Assembly: GCA_036388515.1 (NCBI GenBank)
Contig: DASVRR010000298.1
Span: forward strand, 1 to 47,598
Length of the DNA stretch: 47,598 nucleotides
Direction of reading: 5' to 3'
From: Chthoniobacteraceae bacterium
Lineage (GTDB): Bacteria; Verrucomicrobiota; Verrucomicrobiia; Chthoniobacterales; Chthoniobacteraceae
Within the stretch, counting starts at the first letter, position 1, and each line of letters starts with the position of its first letter. The notes beneath the pieces are model-generated. The model saw only the letters and a program-made list of their open reading frames with translations, was not told where the DNA came from and did no database searches. The position numbers were made by a program, and so were the translations under genes. Shown in pieces: positions 1 through 9,419 of this stretch.

Positions 1-2
1 AA

Positions 3-224
3 GACATCTTCACGGCGGCGCGTGATGCCGGGGCCGTCCTTCTCACCAAGGACAGCGACTTCATCCGCCTCCTCGAGCAGCACGGCAGTCCGCCGAAAAT
101 TCTTTGGCTTACCTGCGGCAACACCTCGGATGCCGTCTTGAGGAAGATCCTTGAGCAGCACCTTTCCACTGCGCTGAGCTTACTCGACCGCGGAGAGGAC
201 CTGGTCGAGATCGGGTCTCCCTGA
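3..224 (+). CDS. DUF5615-type PIN-like toxin, 3' part (5' end outside window)
   Basis: Not in the ORF track. Frame from nt 3 reads DIFTAARDAGAVLLTKDSDFIRLLEQHGSPPKILWLTCGNTS...LVEIGSP*. LLTKDSDF and PPKILWLxxGN are typical of DUF5615/VapC45-like PIN proteins. Confidence 0.75.
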   Translation, partial: DIFTAARDAGAVLLTKDSDFIRLLEQHGSPPKILWLTCGNTSDAVLRKILEQHLSTALSLLDRGEDLVEIGSP

Positions 225-347
225 GCGGGAGATCAAAACTGATGAAGGCGGATGACAATCGGGAGCCCGATGCTTCTTCAAGGATGATCCGGACGACTTG
301 CGGAAAGCTCCGGGATGGGTTGCTGAGTTCCAAGTCATTCGCTTCGC

Positions 348-1796
348 CTAGTGGAAGACGCTGACCCAGGTGCCGATCGGCAGATCGCTATAGAGCTTGC
401 GGGCCGCGGAGCTGGGGAGGCGAATGCAGCCGTGCGAGGCTGGACGACCGGTGACGTGGCCTTGATGCAGGCCGAAATCGCGGCAACTGAGGCGCATGAA
501 AAACGGCATCGGCGCGCGGTTGTAGATGCTGGAACGATGATCGATGTCTTTGTCCGTGATCACAAACTCACCGACGGGCGTGGGTTTGTTCCGCGTGCCG
601 CTGGAGATGCTGGAGCTAAAAACCGGGATCTCCTGTTTTAACACCGTCACTTTTTGCCGCGAAAGATCCACCTCGACCCGCATTTCCGACCGCGACGGTG
701 GTTTTCCGCCGACGAGGAGCTGGATGGCTTCCGGAGATTCCGCCCAGCCGGCGAAGTAAAGCGCGAGCAGCTTCGTGCGGCCACGCGTGGCTTGCAGCCG
801 ATTTGCTCCCCGCTCCAGGAGCAGCTTCACGCAATCGATCCGGCCCAGTCCCGCGGCGATCATCAACGGCGTGATTCCCGGCTCTTTTTCCGCATAATGC
901 CGGACGAAGTTGGCGCTGATCAACTTGCGGAAGCTTTCGTCGCCGGGAGCATCCAGCGTGGCGCTGGGGCTGGCGCCGCAATCCAGCAGTTTGCGCAGCA
1001 AAGCGATGTCATTGGCGACGACGGCGTGAGCGACGTAAGGCTGCGACCTCTCTGCTGGAACAGGAGGCGCGGCATGTTTGCTGATCAGAAACTTCGCGAA
1101 TTCCAGGTCGCCGTTGCGCAGCGCGGCGGTGAGCAGCTCACACGCTTCGCCGCTCCACCGCGGCAAGGGTTCACTCTGCGCCAGCACGGAGCTGATGATC
1201 TTCGGGTCGCGCGTGCTGAAGGCGTGCGTCGCGAGGTTGTGTCCTTCGCAACATGCTCCGCCGGCGGGAACATTGGTCTGCAGGAGAAGATCCACCGCCG
1301 CTTGTTGCCGCGCGGCGACGGCGTAATGCAAGGCGGTGTGGCCGCTCCGATCCGGCGTTTCCGCGCGTGCTCCGCGCCGGAGCAGCTCCTCGAGAATCTC
1401 CACGCGGCCACCGACCGCGGCGGTCATCAGCGGAGTGACTCCATCTTCGTCCGCTTTCAGGACATCGGCTCCGCCTTCCACCAGCCGCGTCGCGGAGACC
1501 CAATCGCGCGCCAGCGCGGCCGCCAGCAAAGGCGTGCGGCCACGTTCACCCGCCGCATTGACATCCACGCCGGCGGTGAAAAAGAGGTCGATCATCGGCC
1601 GGTGCGAGGCCGCAACCACCCGGACAAAACCGGTTCCGTCGGGAGAAATCCCGAGCGCTTCCAGCCGATCCACGGCGCGTTCCTTTGGGCTCAAGCCGGA
1701 TTTCGTCCACGCCAAAAGTGGTCCCGCGCCGCTCGACCAGAGGAAGAGCAGGGCGGCAGCCCGAGAGACCGGATTCCATTTCGACGAGGCGCGCAT
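348..1796 (-). CDS. Secreted ankyrin-repeat protein with C-terminal L,D-transpeptidase (YkuD) domain
   Basis: N-terminal signal-like segment; ankyrin motifs GRTPLLAAA, GVTPLMTAA, GHTALHYAV, GITPLMIAA; C-terminal ISSG..KPTPVGEF and GLHQG...ASHGCIRL catalytic motif. Confidence 0.85.
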   Translation of the reverse strand: MRASSKWNPVSRAAALLFLWSSGAGPLLAWTKSGLSPKERAVDRLEALGISPDGTGFVRVVAASHRPMIDLFFTAGVDVNAAGERGRTPLLAAALARDWVSATRLVEGGADVLKADEDGVTPLMTAAVGGRVEILEELLRRGARAETPDRSGHTALHYAVAARQQAAVDLLLQTNVPAGGACCEGHNLATHAFSTRDPKIISSVLAQSEPLPRWSGEACELLTAALRNGDLEFAKFLISKHAAPPVPAERSQPYVAHAVVANDIALLRKLLDCGASPSATLDAPGDESFRKLISANFVRHYAEKEPGITPLMIAAGLGRIDCVKLLLERGANRLQATRGRTKLLALYFAGWAESPEAIQLLVGGKPPSRSEMRVEVDLSRQKVTVLKQEIPVFSSSISSGTRNKPTPVGEFVITDKDIDHRSSIYNRAPMPFFMRLSCRDFGLHQGHVTGRPASHGCIRLPSSAARKLYSDLPIGTWVSVFH

Positions 1797-1866
1797 GACG
1801 ATTTTTTCTGGACGGCTCTATAGCACAATCCGCGCGTGCAGTCTTGCTCGTTTCCGCCCCGGCGCT

Positions 1867-2916
1867 TTACTCCGGCGAAGGCGCCGAATTCGCGGGGAAA
1901 AACGGCGGCAAGGGAGCCACGAGATTTCCCGGCAAAGGCCACACGCGTTCTTGAATCCGCGGCGCCAGCGCTCGGGAAGAAAGGTAGCCGGCGGAAAGCA
2001 TCTCCAGCTTGGCGTCCAGATTGTCGGCGTAATGCAGCGCCCAGGCTTCCGGAGTTTTCGGCACGACCGGCGAGCCAAACTGCAACTCGCCGTGATGCGC
2101 GGCGAGCAGGTGGAGCAAGTGCAGCCGCACATCCTCGCTCGCGGGGAGCAGCCTGGCCCAGGCTTCCTCTTCACTCACCAGCAATTTACGCCAGAGCGCG
2201 TTGACCACTTCGATCCCGATCGTGATGTGCCCGAGCATTTCCCCGCGCTCGTCAAACGGCATGGCGAAACCATCCGCAGGCAGGGAGTTTTCCCAGAGCT
2301 TTCCGCAGTCGTGGAAAAGCACGCCGGCAATCAGCAGGTCGCGGTTCAGCTGCGGATAAACCTGAGCGAGCGCGAGGATCGTCCGCATCATCTGGGCGAC
2401 ATGCTCCACCAGGCCGCCGCGGCGCGCGTGGTGATTCAGCCGGGCGGCCGCGCTGCGGCGGAAACGGGCTCCGTATTCCCCCAGGAAAAGCTGCACCAAA
2501 CCAGCGAGCCGCGGATCCGCGATGCTCGCGGCATGCTGCAGGATCTCGTCGAAATCCGCCTGTTGCCGCGCGCGCAGCTCGGGAGAGCCGGCGAGCAGGG
2601 AGTCGCGCTCTTCCGGCGTCAGCTCGCGGCAGGTCCAGCGCTTGGCATCCACGCCGTAACCGCCGCTGAGCGCAAACTCGCCCGCGATTTCCAGGAATGC
2701 GCCGTCCGAAAGCGCCTCGCAAGTGGTGAAGGCCGGGGCGTCGCTCCACGCGCGGAGGACGAGCTTTCCTTCCGCGTCCGCGAGCGTGAGTTCCCAGAAA
2801 GGTTTCCCGTCCCGAGTTTCCTTCCGGTTCAGACTTTCGACTTGTCCCCAGACGCCAGCTTCCAGACGCGCGGCGGCGGCAGACCGTTTCAGTTGCGAGA
2901 TGGTGAATACTTCCAC
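1867..2916 (-). CDS. YhaM/Cbf1-family 3'-5' exoribonuclease (OB fold + HD domain)
   Basis: OB-fold N-terminus (RKETRDGKPFWELTLADAEG), HHARRGGLVEH, LFHDCGK, GHI, AHHG..FGSPVVPKTPEA..LHYADNLDAK. Start trimmed to GTG 2916; the ORF-track extension upstream looks non-coding. Confidence 0.85.
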   Translation of the reverse strand: MEVFTISQLKRSAAAARLEAGVWGQVESLNRKETRDGKPFWELTLADAEGKLVLRAWSDAPAFTTCEALSDGAFLEIAGEFALSGGYGVDAKRWTCRELTPEERDSLLAGSPELRARQQADFDEILQHAASIADPRLAGLVQLFLGEYGARFRRSAAARLNHHARRGGLVEHVAQMMRTILALAQVYPQLNRDLLIAGVLFHDCGKLWENSLPADGFAMPFDERGEMLGHITIGIEVVNALWRKLLVSEEEAWARLLPASEDVRLHLLHLLAAHHGELQFGSPVVPKTPEAWALHYADNLDAKLEMLSAGYLSSRALAPRIQERVWPLPGNLVAPLPPFFPANSAPSPE

Positions 2917-3215
2917 GGGGACCCTTTCTACTGGAGCTGACCGTGGGGAAGAAAGCCGCGCACGCCACTTTCGCGCCGCCAGATTTTGCCAGCATCGACG
3001 GCCGCCTCCGCGGCTCGAGCCACGGCCAGCGCGGCGGAAGAGCGAGGCTTGTGCGGCATCCGGGGAACATTTCAGTGCCGCCGAGAATGTGCAACGCCTC
3101 TTGCGGTTCTGCTGGGGAACATCCGCCGCGTGGCGGCTTGTCGCCGGAGATCCTCTTCGGTTACTCATTCATCCGGAGCGCGGGCAATTCCGCTGGCGCC
3201 AACTTTTCCTCCAGC

Positions 3216-5402
3216 ATGAATCCTCGCCTTCTCTCCACGCCCGAACCTCTCGAAGCCCGAATTTCCCCAGCGACGCTGGTCAGCTCCAGCGTGGTCACCT
3301 ACCAGGATATCGATGGCGATACCGTGACGATCAAAGCTTCCGCAGGCATCTTCGACGCCGCCACCGTGGAAACGCTGCTCCGGTTTTCTTCCGGAGGTGT
3401 GGATGGTTCAAACGCCACGCCTCAGCAGTTGCAGCTGATCAATTTGGGTGCAGTTCCAGGCGACGCGGCGGAAGGAATTTCGCTGACCATTTCCGCCAAA
3501 CGCAGCGCGGACACCGGCGGCGATGCGCGGGTCAATGTCGGCGCGATCACCGGTGCGGTCGATCTGGGGACGATCAAGATCAACGGTGATCTGGGCCGGA
3601 TCGTTGCAGGAAACTCGGACCAAACCACGGCTTCGCTGAAGGCGCTCGCGGTGCATTCCATGGGCGTTCTCGGGACCAGCACTCAGGGCGCCGGAGGAAC
3701 GCTGACGAGCTTGCTCAGCGGACCGGTCGGTTCGATCACGTTGAAGAGCCATTTCGAGGAAGCAACGTTGCGGGTGCAGGGACAGGTCGTGGACGGCGTC
3801 AACTCCGGCTCGCTCGCAAAGCTGACGATCGGCGGCTCCGTTTTCGGCGGCAGGATGGCGGACTCCGGCGAGATCGCGGTGGACGGCGCGATCGGGAAAG
3901 TCGTGGTGAAAGGAAGCCTCTTGGGCGGAAGCGGCACGGAAAGCGGACGGATCGCGAGTGCGGAGAGAATCAGCTCGGTCGTCATTTCGGGTTCCATTCT
4001 GGGCGGACTCGAGGACGGCACCTCCAACTTTGGGGAAGGAAGTGGCGCGGTGGTGGCGGGCCTTTCGATCGGGAGCATCAAGGTCGGCCGGGATTTGCGC
4101 GGCGGCGATGGCGCCGGCAGTGGTTTGATCGATGGCGGAGCCTTGATCGAGTCGGTGACGATTGGCGGTTCGATGATCGGCGGCGACGGGGAAGAAAGCG
4201 GTTCGATCATCGCGGAGAGTTTCGATGGCGAGATCCGGAGCGTGAAAGTGCGCCGCGATGTGCAAGGTGGCGATGGGGACGAAAGCGCTTACATCCATGC
4301 GGGCGCGGTCCTCGGCTCGGTCGCAATCGGAGGTTCGCTCCGGGGCGGGGACGGCGAATTGAGTGCGCTGATCTACGCGGGCAGCGCGATTGTGGCTCCG
4401 CATCTCATGCAGAAGATCACGATCGGCGGCGATATGGTGGGCGGCAATGGAACGAACTCCGGGTCGATCGGGGCGGCTTTTGCGGCGGCGGGCGGATTGG
4501 TGGATCTCCAGATCGGGACGATCACGATCAAAGGCTCGGTGGTCGGCGTTGGCCTCCAGAGCGCCTCGATCACGGGGAACAGCATCGCCAGCCTGACGAT
4601 CGGAGGTGACCTGAGCGGAGGCCTCGATTCGAGCGGCAACGTTTTGGCAACTGGAATGCTGACCAAGATGAGCGTCGGCGGCAGTGTCACCGGCTCCTTT
4701 GAAGGCTCCGCGCAAATTTCCGCCGGAGGCATCGGCAGCCTGAAAATCGGCGGCGATCTGCGAGGCGGAGCAGGAAGTCGGTCGGCGCGGATCGATGCGG
4801 GCGTGGAAGGAATTCAGTCCATCACCATCAGCGGCTCGATCATCGGTGGACAAGGAGGAGACGCGGGCAGCATCACTTCCGAAGAGGTCATCGACACCCT
4901 GACGATCGGCGGCAGCGTCGTGGGAACTGCGGAGTCGCCGGTCGGAATCCGAGCGCGCGGCGTGGACGGAACGGCCGCTCTGGCGATTGGCAAGCTGACG
5001 ATCAAAGGGAGCGTATCTTTCCTGGAGATTGTCGGCGGCTCCACGAGTTCAGCTGGAAAGTTCGACAATGGGGATGCAAACCTCGGCGTGATTGTGGTGG
5101 GCGGCGATTGGATAGCGGGGACGATCAATGCCGGCGTGCTCTCGACGGATGGGAAGTTTGGCAATGCAGACGATGCTCCCGCGCCTCAAGGAAACACTGC
5201 GGGCGTTTTCTCCCGCATCGCGAGTATCACGATCAAAGGACAGGCGCAGGGATCGGCGGATTCCACCGAAGGCTTTGGTTTTGTCGCGGAAGAAATCGGC
5301 AAACTGAAGATCGGATCGGTGACCTATCCCTTCACGTCTGCGCCGCTGGAAGTGTTTGCGCTGGGCGCGACCGGCAACTTTTTTGCGCGGGAAGTCGGTT
5401 GA
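3216..5402 (+). CDS. LEPR-XLL-type extracellular Gly-rich repeat (beta-solenoid-like) protein
   Basis: ATG 3216: MNPRLLSTPEPLEARISPA resembles the PVC 'E.LE.R..PA' N-terminal motif, followed by many I-x-x-(V/I)-x-IGG-(S/D)-(L/V/I)-x-GG-x-G-x-x-S-(G/A)-x-I repeats. Confidence 0.7.
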   Translation: MNPRLLSTPEPLEARISPATLVSSSVVTYQDIDGDTVTIKASAGIFDAATVETLLRFSSGGVDGSNATPQQLQLINLGAVPGDAAEGISLTISAKRSADTGGDARVNVGAITGAVDLGTIKINGDLGRIVAGNSDQTTASLKALAVHSMGVLGTSTQGAGGTLTSLLSGPVGSITLKSHFEEATLRVQGQVVDGVNSGSLAKLTIGGSVFGGRMADSGEIAVDGAIGKVVVKGSLLGGSGTESGRIASAERISSVVISGSILGGLEDGTSNFGEGSGAVVAGLSIGSIKVGRDLRGGDGAGSGLIDGGALIESVTIGGSMIGGDGEESGSIIAESFDGEIRSVKVRRDVQGGDGDESAYIHAGAVLGSVAIGGSLRGGDGELSALIYAGSAIVAPHLMQKITIGGDMVGGNGTNSGSIGAAFAAAGGLVDLQIGTITIKGSVVGVGLQSASITGNSIASLTIGGDLSGGLDSSGNVLATGMLTKMSVGGSVTGSFEGSAQISAGGIGSLKIGGDLRGGAGSRSARIDAGVEGIQSITISGSIIGGQGGDAGSITSEEVIDTLTIGGSVVGTAESPVGIRARGVDGTAALAIGKLTIKGSVSFLEIVGGSTSSAGKFDNGDANLGVIVVGGDWIAGTINAGVLSTDGKFGNADDAPAPQGNTAGVFSRIASITIKGQAQGSADSTEGFGFVAEEIGKLKIGSVTYPFTSAPLEVFALGATGNFFAREVG

Positions 5403-5439
5403 GCAGAGAGCGCCGGACGCTCCGGAATAAACCGCAGTG

Positions 5440-6297
5440 CTAGGCGCCGCCGGGCGGTGTTTCCCGTTCGCGCAAGGCGCGGCGGAACATCTTCGCGATC
5501 GCTTCGTGGAGCTTCCGGAGCGGCCAGAAAACGCTGTCGAGGGCTCCAGCAAAAATCCGCATCAACGGGTAAGCGACGGCGACGAAAGGGTTGAAGATCT
5601 TCTGCACCAAAGCGTTCCGGCTGTAGAGCATCGTCAGCCCGGTAATGATCACGATTCCGATGAACTTCTGCCACGAATGCACGTGGATGTGGAAGACCAG
5701 CTCCGCCAGGAGGATGAAGCCGACATAGCCGACCAGGATGAACGCGGTTTTGGCCAGGATCGGATACTTCTGCAGAAGCCGGATGCAATATCCGGCGACC
5801 AGCCGAAGCGCGAGGATGCCGATGAAAACTCCCGTATAAACCACCCACATTTCACGCTGTCCGGTGACCGGATCGCGCGGAGCAAGTGCCACCGCCGCGA
5901 CGACATTATCGATGCTCAGCGACAGGTCCATCAGCTCGATCTGCAGGACCGTCATCCAGAGGCCCGGCTTTTTCTTCTTCGGCTTGGTGAGATCAGTCTC
6001 GTCGTGTTCCGGATGAGTCAGATGCGAGCTCATCAGGTAGATCAGATAACCGGCGCCAAAGAGCGTCACCCAGCGGTTCTGAGTGATCCAGGCGGCGATC
6101 AGCAAAACGAGACCGCGGAAGACATAGGCACCGATGATGCCGAGCCGAAGCGCGGTATATCGCTGCTTGCCGGGGAGATGTCCCGCCATGGCGGCAATCG
6201 CGAGGGCGTTATCCACCGAGAGCAGGCCCTCGATGATGATCAGCGAGATGATCACCGGAATTGCCTCCATGAGCTCGGGGCCGGTCGGGAACATCAT
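5440..6297 (-). CDS. TerC-family integral membrane protein
   Basis: IIEGLLSVDNALAIA, GIIGAYVFR, IELMDLSLSIDNVVAAVA and GILALR signatures; multiple TM segments. Confidence 0.9.
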   Translation of the reverse strand: MMFPTGPELMEAIPVIISLIIIEGLLSVDNALAIAAMAGHLPGKQRYTALRLGIIGAYVFRGLVLLIAAWITQNRWVTLFGAGYLIYLMSSHLTHPEHDETDLTKPKKKKPGLWMTVLQIELMDLSLSIDNVVAAVALAPRDPVTGQREMWVVYTGVFIGILALRLVAGYCIRLLQKYPILAKTAFILVGYVGFILLAELVFHIHVHSWQKFIGIVIITGLTMLYSRNALVQKIFNPFVAVAYPLMRIFAGALDSVFWPLRKLHEAIAKMFRRALRERETPPGGA

Positions 6298-6430
6298 AGT
6301 CGCGGAGAAGGGGAAAGAGTCACCGGGCGCATTTAAAAGGGTTCGAGCGAGGTGGCAACTCGCAGCTTGTCCGCGCGACTATTCCAGGTTGCGGAAGTTC
6401 CAGTAGTGCGCGCTCGTTTCATCCCTGCTC

Positions 6431-9400
6431 ATGTCTCCCCGCACTCTTCCTGCCCTGACCTTTCTGCTGCTCACTGGATCGGCGCTCGCACTGCCGGTGG
6501 CAGAGCCTCCGACCAAGCAGCAGCTCGAGTTTTTTGAAAGCAAGATTCGGCCGATCTTCGCGGAGAACTGCTACAAGTGTCACTCCGTGGAAGAAGGGAA
6601 GTCGAAGGGCGACCTCACGCTCGACAGTCGGGAAGGATGGCAAAAAGGAGGAGAAAGCGGCCGCGTCATCGAGCCGGGCGCTCCGGAGAAAAGCCTGCTC
6701 ATCAAAGCAATCGGCTACGCAGATCCAGACCTGCAAATGCCGCCGAAGGGTGAAAAGCTCGCGCCGGAGCAAGTCGCGCTGCTCACGGAGTGGGTGAAGA
6801 TGGGCGCTCCGGATCCACGCCTTGCACCGAAGGACGCCACGGCGAAACTCACCGGATTAAATGAGCGCGCCCGGAAGCATTGGGCCTACCAACCGGTGCA
6901 ACGGCCGGCTGTTCCGGTGGTGCAAAACAAGAGTTGGTGCAAGTCGCCGGTGGACGCGTTCATCCTGGAAAAACTCGAGGCAAAGAACATGGTTCCGTCA
7001 CCGGATGCGGAGAAAGAAACACTCCTGCGGCGGGCGACTTATGATCTGATCGGACTGCCGCCAACCTTGCAGGAAGTGCAGGCGTTCCTGGCTGATTCCA
7101 GCCCGGCGGCATTCGAAAAGGTGATCGACCGATTGTTGGCCTCGCCACATTACGGAGAACGCTGGGGCCGATTCTGGCTGGATACTGCACGCTATTCCGA
7201 CACGGCCGGTGGGGAAAGAAACGCACTTCGGGGCGCGGATTATCGTTATGCCTATGCCTGGACTTATCGCGATTGGGTGATCCAGGCGATCAATGCAGAC
7301 TTGCCTTACGATCAGTTCATCAAGCAGCAACTCGCGGCGGACAAACTGCCTGACAATCCTCCACAAAACCTGGCGGCGTTAGGTTTGCTCACGGTGGGAG
7401 AACGCTTCCGCAATGTGAACGATGTGATCAACGATCGGATTGACGTCGTGAGCAAAGGATTCCTCGGGATGACGGTGACCTGCGCTCGTTGCCACGATCA
7501 CATGTTCGATCCGATCCCGACCAAGGATTACTATGCCTTGCACGGCATCTTTGCTTCCACCCTGGAACCGGCGGAGAAGCCGGTGATCTCGGCTCCCACG
7601 CAGTCGCAGCTAACTGATTACTATCAAAAGCGATCTTTGCTGGAGCAAGAGAATCGAGAGATCTATTACCGCGTCTTCGGAAACTATCAGCAGGACTTCT
7701 TTACCAAGGTCGGCAGCTATCTTCTGGCGGCAAAATCCGGCGGGCGGCAGAAGGGTCTCAGTGCTGAGGAGATTCAGGAGCGACAGACGATCATCAATAG
7801 CGCGCGACTGGATCGGGAGATGATGCAGTTATTCATCCGCCGCACGCGACGGGATGATCCAGTATTCGGCCCCTTCCGGTGGTTTGCCGAGCTCCAGGCG
7901 ACGGAGTTCGCGGAGAAAGCTCCAGCCGTTCTGGCAGAGATCGCCAATGGACGCGATCGGCGACGCGACTTGAATCCGCTGGTGGTGGCGGCCTTCGCCG
8001 GAACCAAACCGGCGTCGCTTCAGGAAGTGACTGGAATCTACCAGCAACTCTTCTCGCGCCTCGAACCGCGCCGAAGCGCTTACCTGGTGGCGAGCAGCCA
8101 GGCTTTGCAGGGCATTCCGGCCGGATTCGAACCAGCCGAGATCCAGATCCTGCAAACACCATTCGAGATTCTCCCCGCGTCCAGGGCGACGACCGACGGG
8201 TTGAGAGCGTTCATTTCACGAATGCCCAATCAGATCGTGAATCGTTCGCCGCTTATCTTTGCAAAGCTCAACGAACTCGAGATGACTCACCCGGGAACGC
8301 CCGCCCGTGCGATGTTGGTGACCGATGCCGCGATTCCAAGGAACTCGCGAGTTTTTGTCCGCGGCCAGCAGGAGACAAAAGGAGATGTGGTGCCGCGTCG
8401 CTTCCTGGAAGTGCTTTCGCCAAATCAGCAGCCGCTCCCTTTTACCCAAGGCAGTGGAAGACTGGAACTCGCGCAAAGTATTGCCAGCAAAGCGAACCCT
8501 CTCACTGCAAGAGTGATGGTGAACCGAGTCTGGATGCATCACTTTGGGGAAGGTTTCGTGCGGACTCCGGATGATCTCGGCACGCAAAGCGAGGTTCCTT
8601 CGCATCCAGAGTTGCTGGATTATCTTTCCAGCTATTTTATCGAGCAAGGCTGGTCAATGAAGCGACTGCACAAGTTGATCATGCTTTCGCATGTCTATCA
8701 GGAAAGCAGTCATACGGTTCCCCAGTTTGAGCAACTGGATCCGGAAAACCGCCTCCTCTGGAGGGCGAACATTCGGCGCCTCGACTTTGAAGCCACTCGT
8801 GATTCTCTGCTCGTGTTCAGCGGCAAGCTGGATCGCACCGTCGGCGGCAAGCCGGTCAACCTCACGGAAGAGCCGTATAGTTATCGCCGTTCGGTTTATG
8901 GCTATATTGACCGCGGTAATCTACCGGAGCTGATGTCTAACTTCGACTTCAGTGATCCAGACATGCCTAACTCGAAGCGGACGACAACGATCGTGCCGCA
9001 GCAGGCGCTCTTCCTGATGAACAGCCCAATGTCGATCGACGTGGCGCGTCGGATCGTTGCGCGTCCGGAAGTCGGAGGGACCGCCGATCCGCTGGCGCGA
9101 CTCCTCGCAATCTACCGGATCATCTTCCAGCGAGCACCAAAGCCGGCGGAGATTCAGATGGCTTATCAGTTCATCGGTCTGGAGGCGAAGACCATGCCCG
9201 CGGTTCCGGAAACGGCGGTCCAAACGCCGGCGCAGCAAAATCGCGAAAGGCTGCGGCTGGCAAATCGCCAACGGAACCGGCGAGCTGCGGTGGCGCCGAT
9301 CTCCAACCAGGGGGAACTTGTGGAGCGCAAGGCGCTCACGCCTTGGGAAACTTATGCCCAGGCGTTGCTGCTCTCGAACGAAGCAGCTTACGTTAACTAG
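6431..9400 (+). CDS. Planctomycete cytochrome c / DUF1549 / DUF1553 (PSCyt1-PSCyt2-PSD1) protein
   Basis: Signal peptide; FFESKIRPIF..NCYKCH; HWAYQP; YGERWGRFWLDTARYSD; CARCHDHMFDPI; NPLTARVMVNRVWMHHFG; PSHPELLD; VPQQALFLMN. Confidence 0.9.
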   Translation: MSPRTLPALTFLLLTGSALALPVAEPPTKQQLEFFESKIRPIFAENCYKCHSVEEGKSKGDLTLDSREGWQKGGESGRVIEPGAPEKSLLIKAIGYADPDLQMPPKGEKLAPEQVALLTEWVKMGAPDPRLAPKDATAKLTGLNERARKHWAYQPVQRPAVPVVQNKSWCKSPVDAFILEKLEAKNMVPSPDAEKETLLRRATYDLIGLPPTLQEVQAFLADSSPAAFEKVIDRLLASPHYGERWGRFWLDTARYSDTAGGERNALRGADYRYAYAWTYRDWVIQAINADLPYDQFIKQQLAADKLPDNPPQNLAALGLLTVGERFRNVNDVINDRIDVVSKGFLGMTVTCARCHDHMFDPIPTKDYYALHGIFASTLEPAEKPVISAPTQSQLTDYYQKRSLLEQENREIYYRVFGNYQQDFFTKVGSYLLAAKSGGRQKGLSAEEIQERQTIINSARLDREMMQLFIRRTRRDDPVFGPFRWFAELQATEFAEKAPAVLAEIANGRDRRRDLNPLVVAAFAGTKPASLQEVTGIYQQLFSRLEPRRSAYLVASSQALQGIPAGFEPAEIQILQTPFEILPASRATTDGLRAFISRMPNQIVNRSPLIFAKLNELEMTHPGTPARAMLVTDAAIPRNSRVFVRGQQETKGDVVPRRFLEVLSPNQQPLPFTQGSGRLELAQSIASKANPLTARVMVNRVWMHHFGEGFVRTPDDLGTQSEVPSHPELLDYLSSYFIEQGWSMKRLHKLIMLSHVYQESSHTVPQFEQLDPENRLLWRANIRRLDFEATRDSLLVFSGKLDRTVGGKPVNLTEEPYSYRRSVYGYIDRGNLPELMSNFDFSDPDMPNSKRTTTIVPQQALFLMNSPMSIDVARRIVARPEVGGTADPLARLLAIYRIIFQRAPKPAEIQMAYQFIGLEAKTMPAVPETAVQTPAQQNRERLRLANRQRNRRAAVAPISNQGELVERKALTPWETYAQALLLSNEAAYVN

Positions 9401-9419
9401 ACGCAGCTTCGTTGGCGAT

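Noticed and set aside
6298-6430. yybP-ykoY (Mn) riboswitch upstream of terC
   Set aside because: No GGGGAGTAG or GAGACC hallmark on the minus strand.
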